Positions 50,644 through 63,015 of a stretch of 64,000 nucleotides of DNA are shown in pieces (position 1 is the stretch's first letter; each line of letters opens with the position of its first letter). The stretch is from Antedon mediterranea (lineage: Eukaryota > Animalia > Echinodermata): positions 19,031,648-19,095,647 of the forward strand of contig NC_092673.1 of the NCBI RefSeq assembly GCF_964355755.1, read 5' to 3'. The notes under the pieces are model-generated. The model did no database searches, was not told the origin of the DNA, and saw only the letters and a list, made by a program, of their open reading frames with translations. A program made the translations under genes and the position numbers.

Positions 50644-53302
50644 CTTTTCTGACTGTTTTACTTATCGTTTTGATTTAGCTTTCTCTTTTTTTTTGTATCT
50701 CCATTGAGATCCAGCCACAGCATTGTCATTTTTTCAGTAATTTGCCTTTGGATTTATAAATCAATACATACTTTAATGTCCAATCATACTCAATTCATTC
50801 TATTGAATGTTTTATTTAAGTAGAATTGGGCAATTGTAATAATTCATAATTATATTATTAGACCTATGTACAGAAAAATGAAAGAAATGTATCGGTTCAA
50901 ATATATACAGCCCAAACAACACATTTGAAATGTAACACAAACACACACACCCCAGACCCACTGTAGGTACAGAACATTCATTCTTAGCCGCCCGGTGATA
51001 TAATTTAATTAACTAATTATTTTAAAACGATCATGTAATGAGGAAATCTGTGAGAATAAGAAAAATTTAGGAACCCTCGCTTGATATGCTGGTGCTTTCA
51101 TAGTGTTTTTCAAATTCGACTGGGCATAATCAACAAACAAAAGCCCTAATGAGGTTTCGTAAAATAATACAGTGATATTTTATTTTACAAATACAATCAA
51201 TTTTAGGATTTTCTTATACATAATAGTTTGGTTCTTTATCAGTATTGGATAGTGTAATAAATGGTCATTAATATTATACATAGAAATTATTTATTTAATT
51301 ATAAATAGAAAATTAGGCCATATCAAATACCAGTGAACATCCGTTTAGCCCGTTTGAAATTCAATCAAACCTATTTGGTTAATAATAATTTAATGAGTTC
51401 AGAATGTATACCTTTTTATCCGCATACGATATTTGACTATGTATTTATGTAAATTATTTGATATGTTTTCCAATAAACAATGTACTGATTTTTGTTTTAA
51501 CACTTTGCAATGATGAATGATAAAAGGGTCTATTTTTTGTAATTGATTTGGGTATTTGTAACTTTCCATAGCTCTCTGTTTTTTACTTTATTCACATGCC
51601 GATATGAATGTCCTGGAGTCCAATCGGTCATTTACGAAAACAGAATACACTGTAATAAGCATGATTTGCATAGAATTCTCATAAAATCCTGTGTTTATAT
51701 CTCAAAGGTCACTAAACAGTCCCAGAAGACAGATCATTCAAGGTTATGATATGAATGGTGAACTAGCAAATAGCTCAACATTTTGATTACAAAATGCTTA
51801 ATTTAAACACAAAGGAGAATGTACATAGGTATACAACTCCCTGGGTAGACATTCTGTGAACACCACTACTCGTAGATTTGAATGTATAGATAGATAAACA
51901 ATATATAATGTGATGATCAATGAAGAATGATAATCTCATGTAAAATCGAAACCTTGCATTGAATTGACAATGATTTTTAATACAACAAATTCAATCAAGG
52001 TGCTTGATATAAATATTCTTTTACATTTCACATTAACATTATACCGACGATAATGATGGTGTATAATTATATGTGACTTGGTGGAGACTCTTACCCCAAC
52101 CCGGTTTATAAATTACAATTCCGTCTGCTGTATTGCTTATTGTTATTGGATATACTCTTGTTTTTAAACCGTAAATATTAAAAAAACGACGAACTCTTTC
52201 ATGGTAAAGAAATAACCATCATCCATACAAAAAGATAGATCTCGCAGATTTTTCTTTGTTTAAAGGTTCATGTACAAAAATAAGGAAAAACTGGCATTTA
52301 GGGGTAATGTTGTATCAAAATAATCTGATTTAAAGTGTACATTTGAACCATCTCAAGGATGTATGGTATGTGGATGTTGGTTGAGAATGAGAGGATGAGC
52401 TGAGGTGGGGTTGGTGGTTAGATGGGGATTCAGAGATAATGAATCAAAATGAATTCTTCTGTGAAGGATTTAACCTGTGATTTCAATCATTGCAATCATG
52501 CATGGTCTCCATGAAGCAAATAACTCCCACCCTGGGGCAGGTATTTGTGTCTGCTACCTTCTAATAAATATAAGAAGTCTGACAGTTTAGCATACCAGAT
52601 GATTTTAATGCATTTTTATTTTATACTTTACTTTTAACTTTATTAAATTGTACAATCATTTTCATAAATCATAATAAATAAATAAGTCTATATGCAGACT
52701 TTTGTACTAGGTTCTCCCAACCAAAGGGCCAATAAATTTACCTGTCATGGACACTTGTTGTGTGCTATACCAATTAAGGGATTGTGACTTAAAGTAAGAT
52801 GTCATCTTTTTTGTGGCACGCCTAATTGGCGACAGAAGCTGTGTTAGCCTCTTTTGTTGCTCCATGGCGCAAAATCTAGCTATTTTTTGTATTGTTATGT
52901 TTGTATAATTGTTTTTGCCGAAATTAATAAAATAAAATATAATAATCTAAATTTCTTCTTAAAGATGATGAGTTATTTCAGTTTGATCAAAAACTAACTC
53001 ATATATATCAAAGTTATGCGATGAGGTCATAATTGCTACACCCATTTTACAATCTTAGTTTGTGTACATTTTATCATCGAGTTGAACAACAACTAAAATA
53101 CAACTGTATCACACATTCATCAAACAATACTGTATAAGTAATAATAATCCCTTCTACATTGTAGTTGTGGGCCCTGTACTCTGCTAAAGTTACTTTAAAT
53201 ACACGTAATACATTTGACATATGCCTACAATCATGTACTGTACGTGTACTTGAACAAAGCATGTATTTGTGTTTATTCTGCATGTTGTCAACCCCGATAT
53301 CT

Positions 53303-53496
53303 ACTCGCAGTTTCCGACTCGCAACTCGCACTTTCCGACTCGCAACTCGCACTTTCCGACTAGCAACTCGCAGTTTCTGACCCGCAACTCGCACTTTCTG
53401 ACTCACAATTCGCACTTTCCGACCCGCAACTCGCACTTTCTGACTCGCAATTCGCACTTTCCGACTCGCAACTCACACTTTCCGACCCGCAACTCC
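53303..53496. repeat. 21-bp minisatellite (~9 copies)
   Basis: Unit cgcactttccgactcgcaact. Confidence 0.9.
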
Positions 53497-54795
53497 TAAT
53501 AGGAGTTATCGCGGGAAAAACGAATACTGTAAGCCTATACTACAATGAATCATAATTTATCTGGACTCAAGAAAATAATTGAGAAGAATTGGGACAAGGT
53601 GGTGGTGATGGAACTGCAGTAATTTAATTTGATTCTATTTTTGTATCTATACATACTGCTCTTATTCCGTTCTCTCATTCGGCTAGGATTTTTGTCAAAC
53701 AGTTCGTTTAATCTTTAATCATCAGGGTCTATGTGTACTTGATGTAATACTTTTTTGTATGGAATCTCTGCCTCGACCAAATGATGCTTTTTGTTTTTGT
53801 TTTTATTTTTATTACTATATTTTTGTTTATTAAATATACATATGTTGATGTTTGATTTTGGTAGAAATAAATGTTGAATTGAATGTTTGCGATATACTAT
53901 GATATGACCTGATGCATATCTGATGCATATACAGTATATACACTTTTAGTACTGAGTGCCTATATTATTTGTACGTGTCATCTAGTTGATGAGCCTAGTA
54001 CAGTATAATAATATATAGAATACAAATCTAACATTCTTCAAAATTCTATGATGTGGGTAACATGGGTACCTTACTGTCAAACTACTTTACATTGCATTCG
54101 TTTATCATGAACGGATTGTGATTGACTTTCCAGTCCGCGAATGTCCTTGCCTGTTGGAATTTGATTTACAAGCGTGATTGATTTTGACGGTAGCTTACCA
54201 TTGAAAAGACCAAAAAACATTCTAGCACACGCTGTCGTCCCTGTATCACGCTCAGAACTTGCTGCTCAAAAACTTTTTGTCATCGAAACTGTAGGCCTAC
54301 TGAAATATTATTTAAAAGTTCCTGAGTGACCTTTTCTGTTTCATCAATTGTTCGACTTCTTCAAATACAGTGAGTAATAATAGAACATTTGTATTATATT
54401 AATTTGAACAACATTTTACAATTATTAAAACAGTACTGTATTACTGTAACTATGAATGTAAATAGTAATACTCTAATAAACAGCACCCGCCATTCCAAGA
54501 TATACACTGGTCCCAACATTGCTTCGGTGATTTGACGAGAACTGGTGTTTCAAAGTGTGTATATGAATTACCGTCTGACTGATTTTGGACGGAGATGCAC
54601 ACATAAAATTGGATGTCTCTTCCTCGTTTTCAAAATAATATTTTAAAAATCTTATTTAGTATTATTAAAATAATTATTTCAAATGCATAATTGCTTGTTT
54701 TATCTTGCTAATAGGGAAGCAAGAGGCTTTTGATTATATATTTTTCACATGAGATAAAGTATTCTGTTGATGCACAATGTTTGTACACTTTGCAG

Positions 54796-55662
54796 TTTCA
54801 GCTAGAAGATCATGGACCGGAATGACGGAGGCCACATGTGAAAATAAAATAAAATCTTGGCTGAAATACAGCAAGGACAGAGCTGGGGGAAGAAAACTTA
54901 GGGAACAAAAGAAGAAAGGTCAGTTCAATAGTTAAATTTAGTATTTAAAGATGTTTGTACTTTACTTGTAAATCAGGTATCAAGTCATTTTAAACCACCA
55001 TCATGACGGCAACAACAATAATCCATGCTGGTGGTTATTTATTACGACTACTAATTTTCAAACTAGAATTTAATTCGTCTCTTTAACGAATTATAAGTGA
55101 TGTCATTTTATAATTTTACTGACATTTATTTTAAAACAAATCATGCACTTACGTTAAAATACCATCGCAAAATGTTGATACTGTATAATTATGGCATCTT
55201 TTGACCTGATGCATTTACGCTTATAGTGCTGAGTTATAATTATCTACAGCATATGTACATCTATATACAATGTAGCATAGGTGAAATTACGGGACCCACA
55301 TTATGTTCTATTTTTTTTGGTATGATGGCGTTATCAAAGTAAACATGAAGATGATGAATTGAGCAAAAAGATAAAAGATTTGGAATAAAATTAATTGGGC
55401 ACGTAAAAGGGCGGCGGTGCGCGCTTTTTGAAATTTGTACAACTTTTACTAAAAACTAACATTGTGTTAAATAAATTGCAATGCGATAAGCTTTCTACTA
55501 TAGCTTATGGTTTGTAATCACTATGTGTGTATTTAGTAAACGTATATAATTTACAGTTAATTGACAATAACTTGCTTTTCTTTTCTCTTTGTAGCAGCTG
55601 CAGCAGCAGCAAACACCGACGAAGCCGAAGATACCATAGATGATGATGAACTTTTTATTTGA
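54796..55662 (+). pseudogene. last two exons of a DUF4806-like transposon accessory gene
   Basis: Exon 54796-54918 (SARRSWTGMTEATCENKIKSWLKYSKDRAGGRKLREQKKK) spliced in phase to 55595-55662 (AAAAAANTDEAEDTIDDDELFI*); upstream exons not recoverable. Confidence 0.55.
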
Positions 55663-56299
55663 ATTGTTGGTTATCCGTATACTGGATGCTTTTACGGCAT
55701 CATATTGCCAGTAGATTTTGTAAAATAGGATTTGTTTTTTCTTTGGTACTATTATTCATATTTAAAAGAGCGCATCTCGCTTATCGATACCCCATTTCTC
55801 CCAGCTTTAAATATTTTCTTATTCAATAAATCATTCCTCGCATGAGTAGTAAACTTTTTAATTTTGATGACCTCATTATGTCTCAACATTTGAACAACAT
55901 GGGTTAATTAATTTAATCTATATAGTAAATTGTAATCTATAGCCCCTCAGGATGAAAAGTGGCCCTCATGATTAAATGTGTGCTCAAATTAACTTCCGAA
56001 TTGATGAAATGTTAAAAACTTGATTAAAATGTAATCAAACGTTGCAATTAATTATACATTTTTACATTCTTAAGAGACGAGTTCAAATCTATATAGTTTA
56101 TTTGATTTTTAATTGTCTAGTTTTTAAATGTTTTACTTAAATTGTTTATCATTAAATAATTATACCTTTAATAAAAACAATTTCCAATCCAATATTTGCA
56201 GAGTAACCGGCATTATTTAATTGTTAAGTTTCATTCATATTCATTCGATGGTACAATCTATTTACTACGGTGAATCGATGTAAATTAACACAGCTACTC

Positions 56300-57250
56300 C
56301 AACACGTTGTGCTCACGCATAACCGACGAATACAAAATACGATGACCGACGTAATCTATGACTTTAAGCCGACGTTGACCCAACACATTGGGCGAACTAA
56401 TGCCCAACGAAGAACAATTACGTTAAACCAACGTCATCAAAAGTTGTTAGACCAATGTAATATAAATGACGTTAAGCCGACATCAACCCAACACGTTGAG
56501 CCAACCTAGACACGACAAATAAAAAAATACGTTGAACCAACGTCATCAAAAGTTATTAGACCAACGTAATGTATATGACGTTAAGCCGACGTCAACCAAA
56601 CACATGTCGGGCCAACATCGTTAAAAGATGTTAAGCCAACCATAAATGACGACGTTTGTCCGACGTTGCCCGAACACGTTGTTGCAATGTCTGTCCAACG
56701 CGTTGGGCCCACTAAGGGCCGATGTAAAAAATAACGTTGGGCCTACGTTGGTAAAAGTAACGTCGGGCCTACGTCGGTAAAAGTTGTTAAGCCAACCATA
56801 AATAACGACGTTTGTCCGACGTCGCCCCAACACGTTGTTCCGATGTCTGTCCAACGCGTTGGGCCCACTAAGGGCCGACGGAAAATATTACGTCGGGCCT
56901 ATGTCGCGGTATAAGATGTCGAGCCAACCATAAACGACGACGTTTGGCCGACGTCGCCCCAACACGTTGTTCCAATGTCTGTTCAACGCGTTGGGCCCAC
57001 TAAGGGCCGATGGAAAAAATTACGTCGGGCCTACGTTGGTAACAGTAACGTCGGGCCTACGTCGGTAAAAGATGTCAAGCCAACCATAAACGACGACGTT
57101 TGGCCGACGTCGCCCCAACACGTTGTTCCGATGTCTGTACAACGCGTTGGGCCCACTAAGGGCCGATGGAAAAAATTACGTCGGGCCTACGTCGCCTAAA
57201 GTTGTTGGCCCAACGTAACTGTTGACCTTACGCCAACGTCGGTACAACGT
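56300..57250. repeat. right subterminal repeat array of the EnSpm-type element
   Basis: Recurring ccaacacgttgttccgatgtctgtccaacgcgttgggcccactaagggccga units of ~155-190 bp. Confidence 0.88.
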
Positions 57251-57649
57251 GTGATTGCTAGCTGGGTAGGCCTCTATTAACCAAACAGAGCCTCCTAATT
57301 AGCCTTAAAGTGCTAGTGCCACAGACTTTAAATTAAGATGTTAATGATTTTTTGGGTAGACTTAATGTCTATAAATCTTGACCGAAATTTGCATTGACCT
57401 ACTTTTAACGGTATGGCCGTAATCACCTCTTAATTAGGAACGTTAATATGCCCTCGTACTTTATAAGCGTGACGTCACAGGCAGAAGACATTCTACTTCC
57501 GCCTTTTAAAACAACACACGTGCATGCATGAGACGCTGGTTTACTACTAATAATATATACTGTATACTGCTTTCTACTGGTACTAATTGTTATTTTCAAC
57601 TATTATTATTGTCAGCTACTTTTTTATTTATCTATTATAATAAATCAAT

Positions 57650-60600
57650 ATGCCTTCTCGCTGTGTTGCTGCGAATTGTGATCATGAAAATAACTTATTG
57701 TTTCGGTGGCCAAAGGACAGTTTCATCGCCAGGCAATGGACAAGATTTGTACGTACAAAACGCGATAAGTGGAAACCCACAGCTCGATCAGTGCTCTGTT
57801 TTAAGCATTTTTCAGACGATTCATTTACAAACATGGGTCAATTCAAAGCTGGTCTAGCTACAAAGTAAGTATTTGTTAATTAGATGAATTTACTTTTAAT
57901 ATTTTACCTTCAACAAAAACTGAATAAAATACGTTCGCCGTCGCTATTGTTAGGCCTGCTGGGCCCGCTGGGCCAAGCCTAGCTTCTAGGCGGGCCGGCA
58001 CATAATTTGCAGTAACATTAAAACTACTGTACATACATACAGTACAGTTGCTCCGCCTGATATATATGTATAGTATTTACTTTATGTTGGTTTATCTTTA
58101 AATAAACTTAACATAATTAATAAGTAATAGTAATAACAGTTTTGCCTACACCACACAGATAACTCAACTAGGCCTAACCTAGTTGTTATGTATTTGGCTT
58201 ATTACATTAATAATAATGGGATAAGGGCTAGCCTAGCCAGGCCTAATTAGTACTACTGAATGCTGTACAAACATGATGGAGGTTAGTCAATGCCTACACT
58301 GTTATGCTCAGTAGGAGAATGTCCTGTCGGTGTAAGTGGGAACTAACAACTATATTATAATTATATTGCTTACGTTATTTTGCCCTTAATATTAATTAGA
58401 CAACGGTTTCCTCACTACTTTTAGGCTTTTTTACTGAATGCCAAAACAGCGGTACCAACAATACATGTTGTGAGGGAGACATCCGACGATGGTGGTCAGG
58501 TGGCCAAAGAGTGTACAGCACAGAGGTTAGTGTAATAGATTCAATAAATAAAAGAAAAAATGTTTAGGTTTGTCTGATATTTATTATTAATAGTATTAAT
58601 ATTCATTCCAACAGGTCAGCATTTGTTAAAAGAGAAAAGGCGGGAGTGATCAGGGAGCTTATTACTGGAACAGAGGATGAGGAAGAGGATGAACAGGAGC
58701 TCGCAAGTGTATGCGATAAGCCTCTTATGGTGTCCAGAGGCACACAGACACGAAAGCAAAGAAAACGTGTTCGGCGAAGAAAAATGAGCAAAGCTAAAGT
58801 CGTGGCACCCAAAAAAGCCAAACCAACATACAAAGAACAATCGTCTGATGAAGATGATGAAGATTTTGATGAGTCGACAGAAGATGATAGCGATTCAGAT
58901 TATCGACCGGAAGAGGATGTATCGGTTTCAGATGGTGAGGATACAGAGATGGAAGATGATGAGATGAAAGGATTTAATGGGGATGCACATAGACAGCCAA
59001 AATACATTGTTTTTCACAATCACCTACTGATGCTACTTTCTATATGCCTTTCCTGTTTTTCCAGTAAAGTTCAAGTATGTTGTCGTAACAAGGGAAGCAT
59101 GCTTATTGCAAACATAAGATGCTTATGTTGCCACACTAACCGCGAGTGGAAAAGTCAGCCAGAAGCTAGAGGTACCCCAATGGGTAACATTCTACTAAGT
59201 GGGGCTATTCTTTTTTCTGGCTCAACACCCACACAATTTTTAAGAGCGCTAAAAAGTATAAATGTGAGCGCCATTAGTAAACGTACTTTTTTCCGTCACC
59301 AACAAAATTTCTTACACAGAGTTGTAAGGAATAATTGGTTTTCTAAAAGGGATAAGCACTTTGCTGAATTACAGGGCAAGGATATTTCTATTGGAGTAGA
59401 TGGACGCTGCTATTGGAGTAGATGGACGCTGTGACAGTATGGGCCACAGTGCAAAATATGGTTCATACACATCAGTTGACTTGACCGAAAATAAGATTTT
59501 GAATGTTGAATTAGTTCAGAGTAGTGATGTTAAATCATCTTATCATATGGAACTTAAGGGTCTACAAAAAACATTGGATGTCTTTAAAGATTTCAAAGTA
59601 AATATAAGTACAATTGTTTCCGATAGACATAGACAGCTACAAAAATATTTAAGGGATAATTTTCCAGACATTAAGCATTATTTTGACTGCTGGCACATTG
59701 CAAAAAGTATTAAGAAAAAGATCAAGGCCATATCAACAAAAAAATCGTGTAACCTTTTAGGTAATTGGCAAAAATCTATTTCTAACCATTATTACTGGTG
59801 TGTAATGTCCACCAACATTGATGAAAAAGATATCATTGAAGCAAAGTGGAAGTCTGTGGTAAGACATGTACAAAATCTTCATACTGGACATCCTGAACCA
59901 TATACGGAATGTGCCCATCCGGTAATGTCTCCTTCAGACCAACGGTTAACAAAGTGGTTGACTGCTGATACTGAAGCTTGTGATGCCTTACAAAAATTTG
60001 TTGAAACCAAAATGTTGGTGAAGGACATTCGCAATTCTTCACCTCATGGGCAAACGTCATCAGTGGAAGGGTACCATAGCCTTATAGACCAGTCGTATTT
60101 GAGGTGTAGGTGTCACTTTTTGCAGAATTTACTTCATGTACTTTTTCTGAGGTAATTTTGGCTGTAGAATACGAATATGAATGTTGATCGCGACGGGGAG
60201 GGGGCGTTTTTGAGATATGAAGGGTCAAAGGTCAAATTAGGTCAAATAAGTCATTTTATGAAGAGGAAATCGTTTAGATATGTTAAATGCAACAGAAATG
60301 TGTTGTCTAGTTGATATAGTCCAAATAAACATCATATCCAAAATTTATCGAAATCGGACACCGGAAAGTGGGTTAATTGGCATAAATTCAAAATGGCCGC
60401 CATTTACCATTTGAAGTTCCCATATCTCCTCAACGGTTGGTTTTAGACCACCTAAGTGCATTACGAGTAAATATAAATGTGACATTAAACTTTCAAACTA
60501 GCATATTTAAATTAGCATATGACGTAACTATGACGTCATAAGGTAGTTGTGACGTCATATATTATGTTATAACTGCTTAAATGACATTATCCTATGCTAA

Positions 60601-62740
60601 AAAAAATGTAGAAACCGCAGGAAAACAATTTTCTAACATTTTCCTGTTGAAATGAACATGATACGGTCAGACATCAAAAAGGTTAATTAGCATAAATTCA
60701 GAATAGCCGCTATATAAATGTGGTATTAAACTTTCCAATTAATATTTAAATTACCATATAACGTACCTATGACGTCATAAGTTAGTAAAGTATGATGTCA
60801 AAAGAATGCGCAATTGGCATATTCTAAGAAAAAATATGTTTTAAATCTCATGAAAATAGTAAAACATCCAGGTTAAGATCATCAACTGTGTATCCGCATG
60901 GGCTCTATCCCCTCGTCGGGGAGCCTATCCCATATCTGGGAACACAGGTACTTTTTGTCGAGTCGGGGAATACTGTAAAAATCGTTGGCGTTCACTTCGT
61001 AGCCTCAGCGCCTAGAAAACCGCGACGTTCCATTGACCGCGAGTACGTCGGAGGGCTATTATGCATTCATTATTGCCAGCTATCCAACTATTAAACAATA
61101 GGTACGCACTTGTCTGGCGGTATCCCTTTGTACGAATCGTTCAACGTTGTGTCCAAACGCGTGATATCATATTCCATCCAGGGACCAAAATGTGTCGTAG
61201 TATTACTTTCCAGGCGAAGTTTACTGACGGTTACGTTATGTACTGTGTATCGACGTATGCTACAGCAAAAACGAATTATGTTAATCTGATACGTTTGTAA
61301 TGAGTTTAATGTCGTTTAATTCCACCCTTACCTAAAAGCCATCCTAAATCTGGAGGGGCGAAGCAAATTTGGTTAAATGACACCTCTAGATGGCTGGAAA
61401 TGGTATACTCTCGCACATAACATTCATGATAAATAGCACCTCTAATTATGAACAATGATGTCACCTGTGAGAAATCGTTGGTTGATAGGGTTGCTGAATG
61501 TATTGTTATATTATAATCAGCTGAATATACGGGTAGTAGTACACAGCATTTATTAGATTTATGTATACAAAAATAAATGTTTTAGCTGTAAGACTACACA
61601 CACGACACCATAATACATCTACACCTACGCTATTATTATGCCAGCTAGTTACTACACCAGTACTAGGCCTAGTAGTATAGTAGTAGCCTACTCTAGAAGC
61701 CTGTCAGTAATAATAATATAAGTTCTAGGCCCTTACACCACCTAAAAATCGGGGGAAAAAATTTAAAAACAGTAGTACACATGTTTATGTAAAGCTAGCG
61801 CTGCATGCAAAATAAGCTAGAGAAAGATGTTTCATGCATACGGTCACAATACGCTAGGCTAGTAAAAGCCTACCCACTATTCACTTGAGCGAACTTTATA
61901 TGCGGTCATCGCGGTTTAAACGTCCTTTGTTTACATACGTCGTACGCTGGAAGCATTCATATTCGGGCCTAGACAATATCATTTTTGATCACTGAAAACG
62001 CGAAAATGAAAAGTTCTAACTAACTTTATACTACACAGTGTATTACTAAAACAATTTCAGCATATAAAACCGATCAGATTTATAAATTATTTTCACATTT
62101 ACGTGAATAAAATTAACAGCAACGAAGTCTTTTTTAATCCAATTTACTCATAATTATGTAGAAAGTGCGCCCTCTATTGTCTAAATTTGTTTTATTTTGA
62201 TTAATTTCGGCTCTCAAAAATCAAGATTTTAAACGTTTATATCTTTAAAAAGCCCCCACGTTAGTCCGATCAACAACCAGATTCGTAATCTACGTCAAAA
62301 AATGCACTAGAAAAAGTTGGTTTGGAAAATTCTGCAGAAAAGTGACACCTGCCTCCAGATCCGACTGGTCTATTATTAATCATTTCGCTCCTAAAATGTT
62401 CCACTTTTCATATAGTGGAATGAAGAGTCGACTTTTCATAGCTGCTCTTCACTATAATGAGAACAGTACCAGAGAACAAATGGTAAATAAGGCTGGAGAA
62501 AAGCAATACGTAATATCATTTCCTAAGTACAAGAAAGGGGGTTACATTGTTAAAAAACTTTTAACAGAATGTACATATAATTATGTTGATGAGTTATTCA
62601 AGAGTCTTCTTGAGATTGTTATGGAACCAAATCTAGATGCATTTACAGAGACCATACCACCATCATTGTGCGCAGCATTTGAAAGACCTGAAAAAAGTGC
62701 TGCAGTTGCCCAACATACAAGCCGGTTTAAAAACCAGTAA
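57650..62740 (+). pseudogene. Kolobok THAP-domain DDE transposase, disrupted
   Basis: Exons 57650-57864 (MPSRCVAANC..FRWP..W..LCFKHF), 58425-58525 (AVPTI) and 58615 onward; motifs DGRCDS, VSDRH, FDCWH, SSVEGYHS|LINHFAPK, AALHYNEN. Lesions: poly-T frameshift ~58427-58432, 22-bp duplication 59388-59431, 2.3-kb insertion. Confidence 0.88.
60085..62372. mobile_element. non-autonomous Academ-type element inserted in the Kolobok transposase
   Basis: TAGACCAGTCG / CGACTGGTCTA termini, imperfect TIR of ~100 bp, 3-bp TSD TTA; excision restores ..HSLINHFAPK. Confidence 0.85.
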
Positions 62741-63015
62741 TAACTTGACACCATGTTTATTAATCATATAAATGAATTGAACACAGCATATTATTGTAGA
62801 CATAATAAAATTGTTGAAATATTCACAATGTACTGTATTTTCAGACTATTTCATTTTTTCCCCAATAACAATGTATTGGAGATGTATATGAATGAGAGAA
62901 GCAATAAAATCAAAATGAGTTACAAATTGTATAAATTATTACTTTATTTAATTTCCAAAAATTACTAAACTAATACTAAATAGTATAAGAAAATTAAAAT
63001 GCTGCTATGGCTGTT

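Larger units (their letters stand above)
42964..57266. mobile_element. 14.3-kb EnSpm/CACTA-type element (animal CCCAG termini), no transposase recognised
   Basis: TA|cccagctagcaat ... attgctagctggg|TA (13-bp perfect TIR, 2-bp TSD); ACGT-rich subterminal repeat arrays at both ends. Confidence 0.82.
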
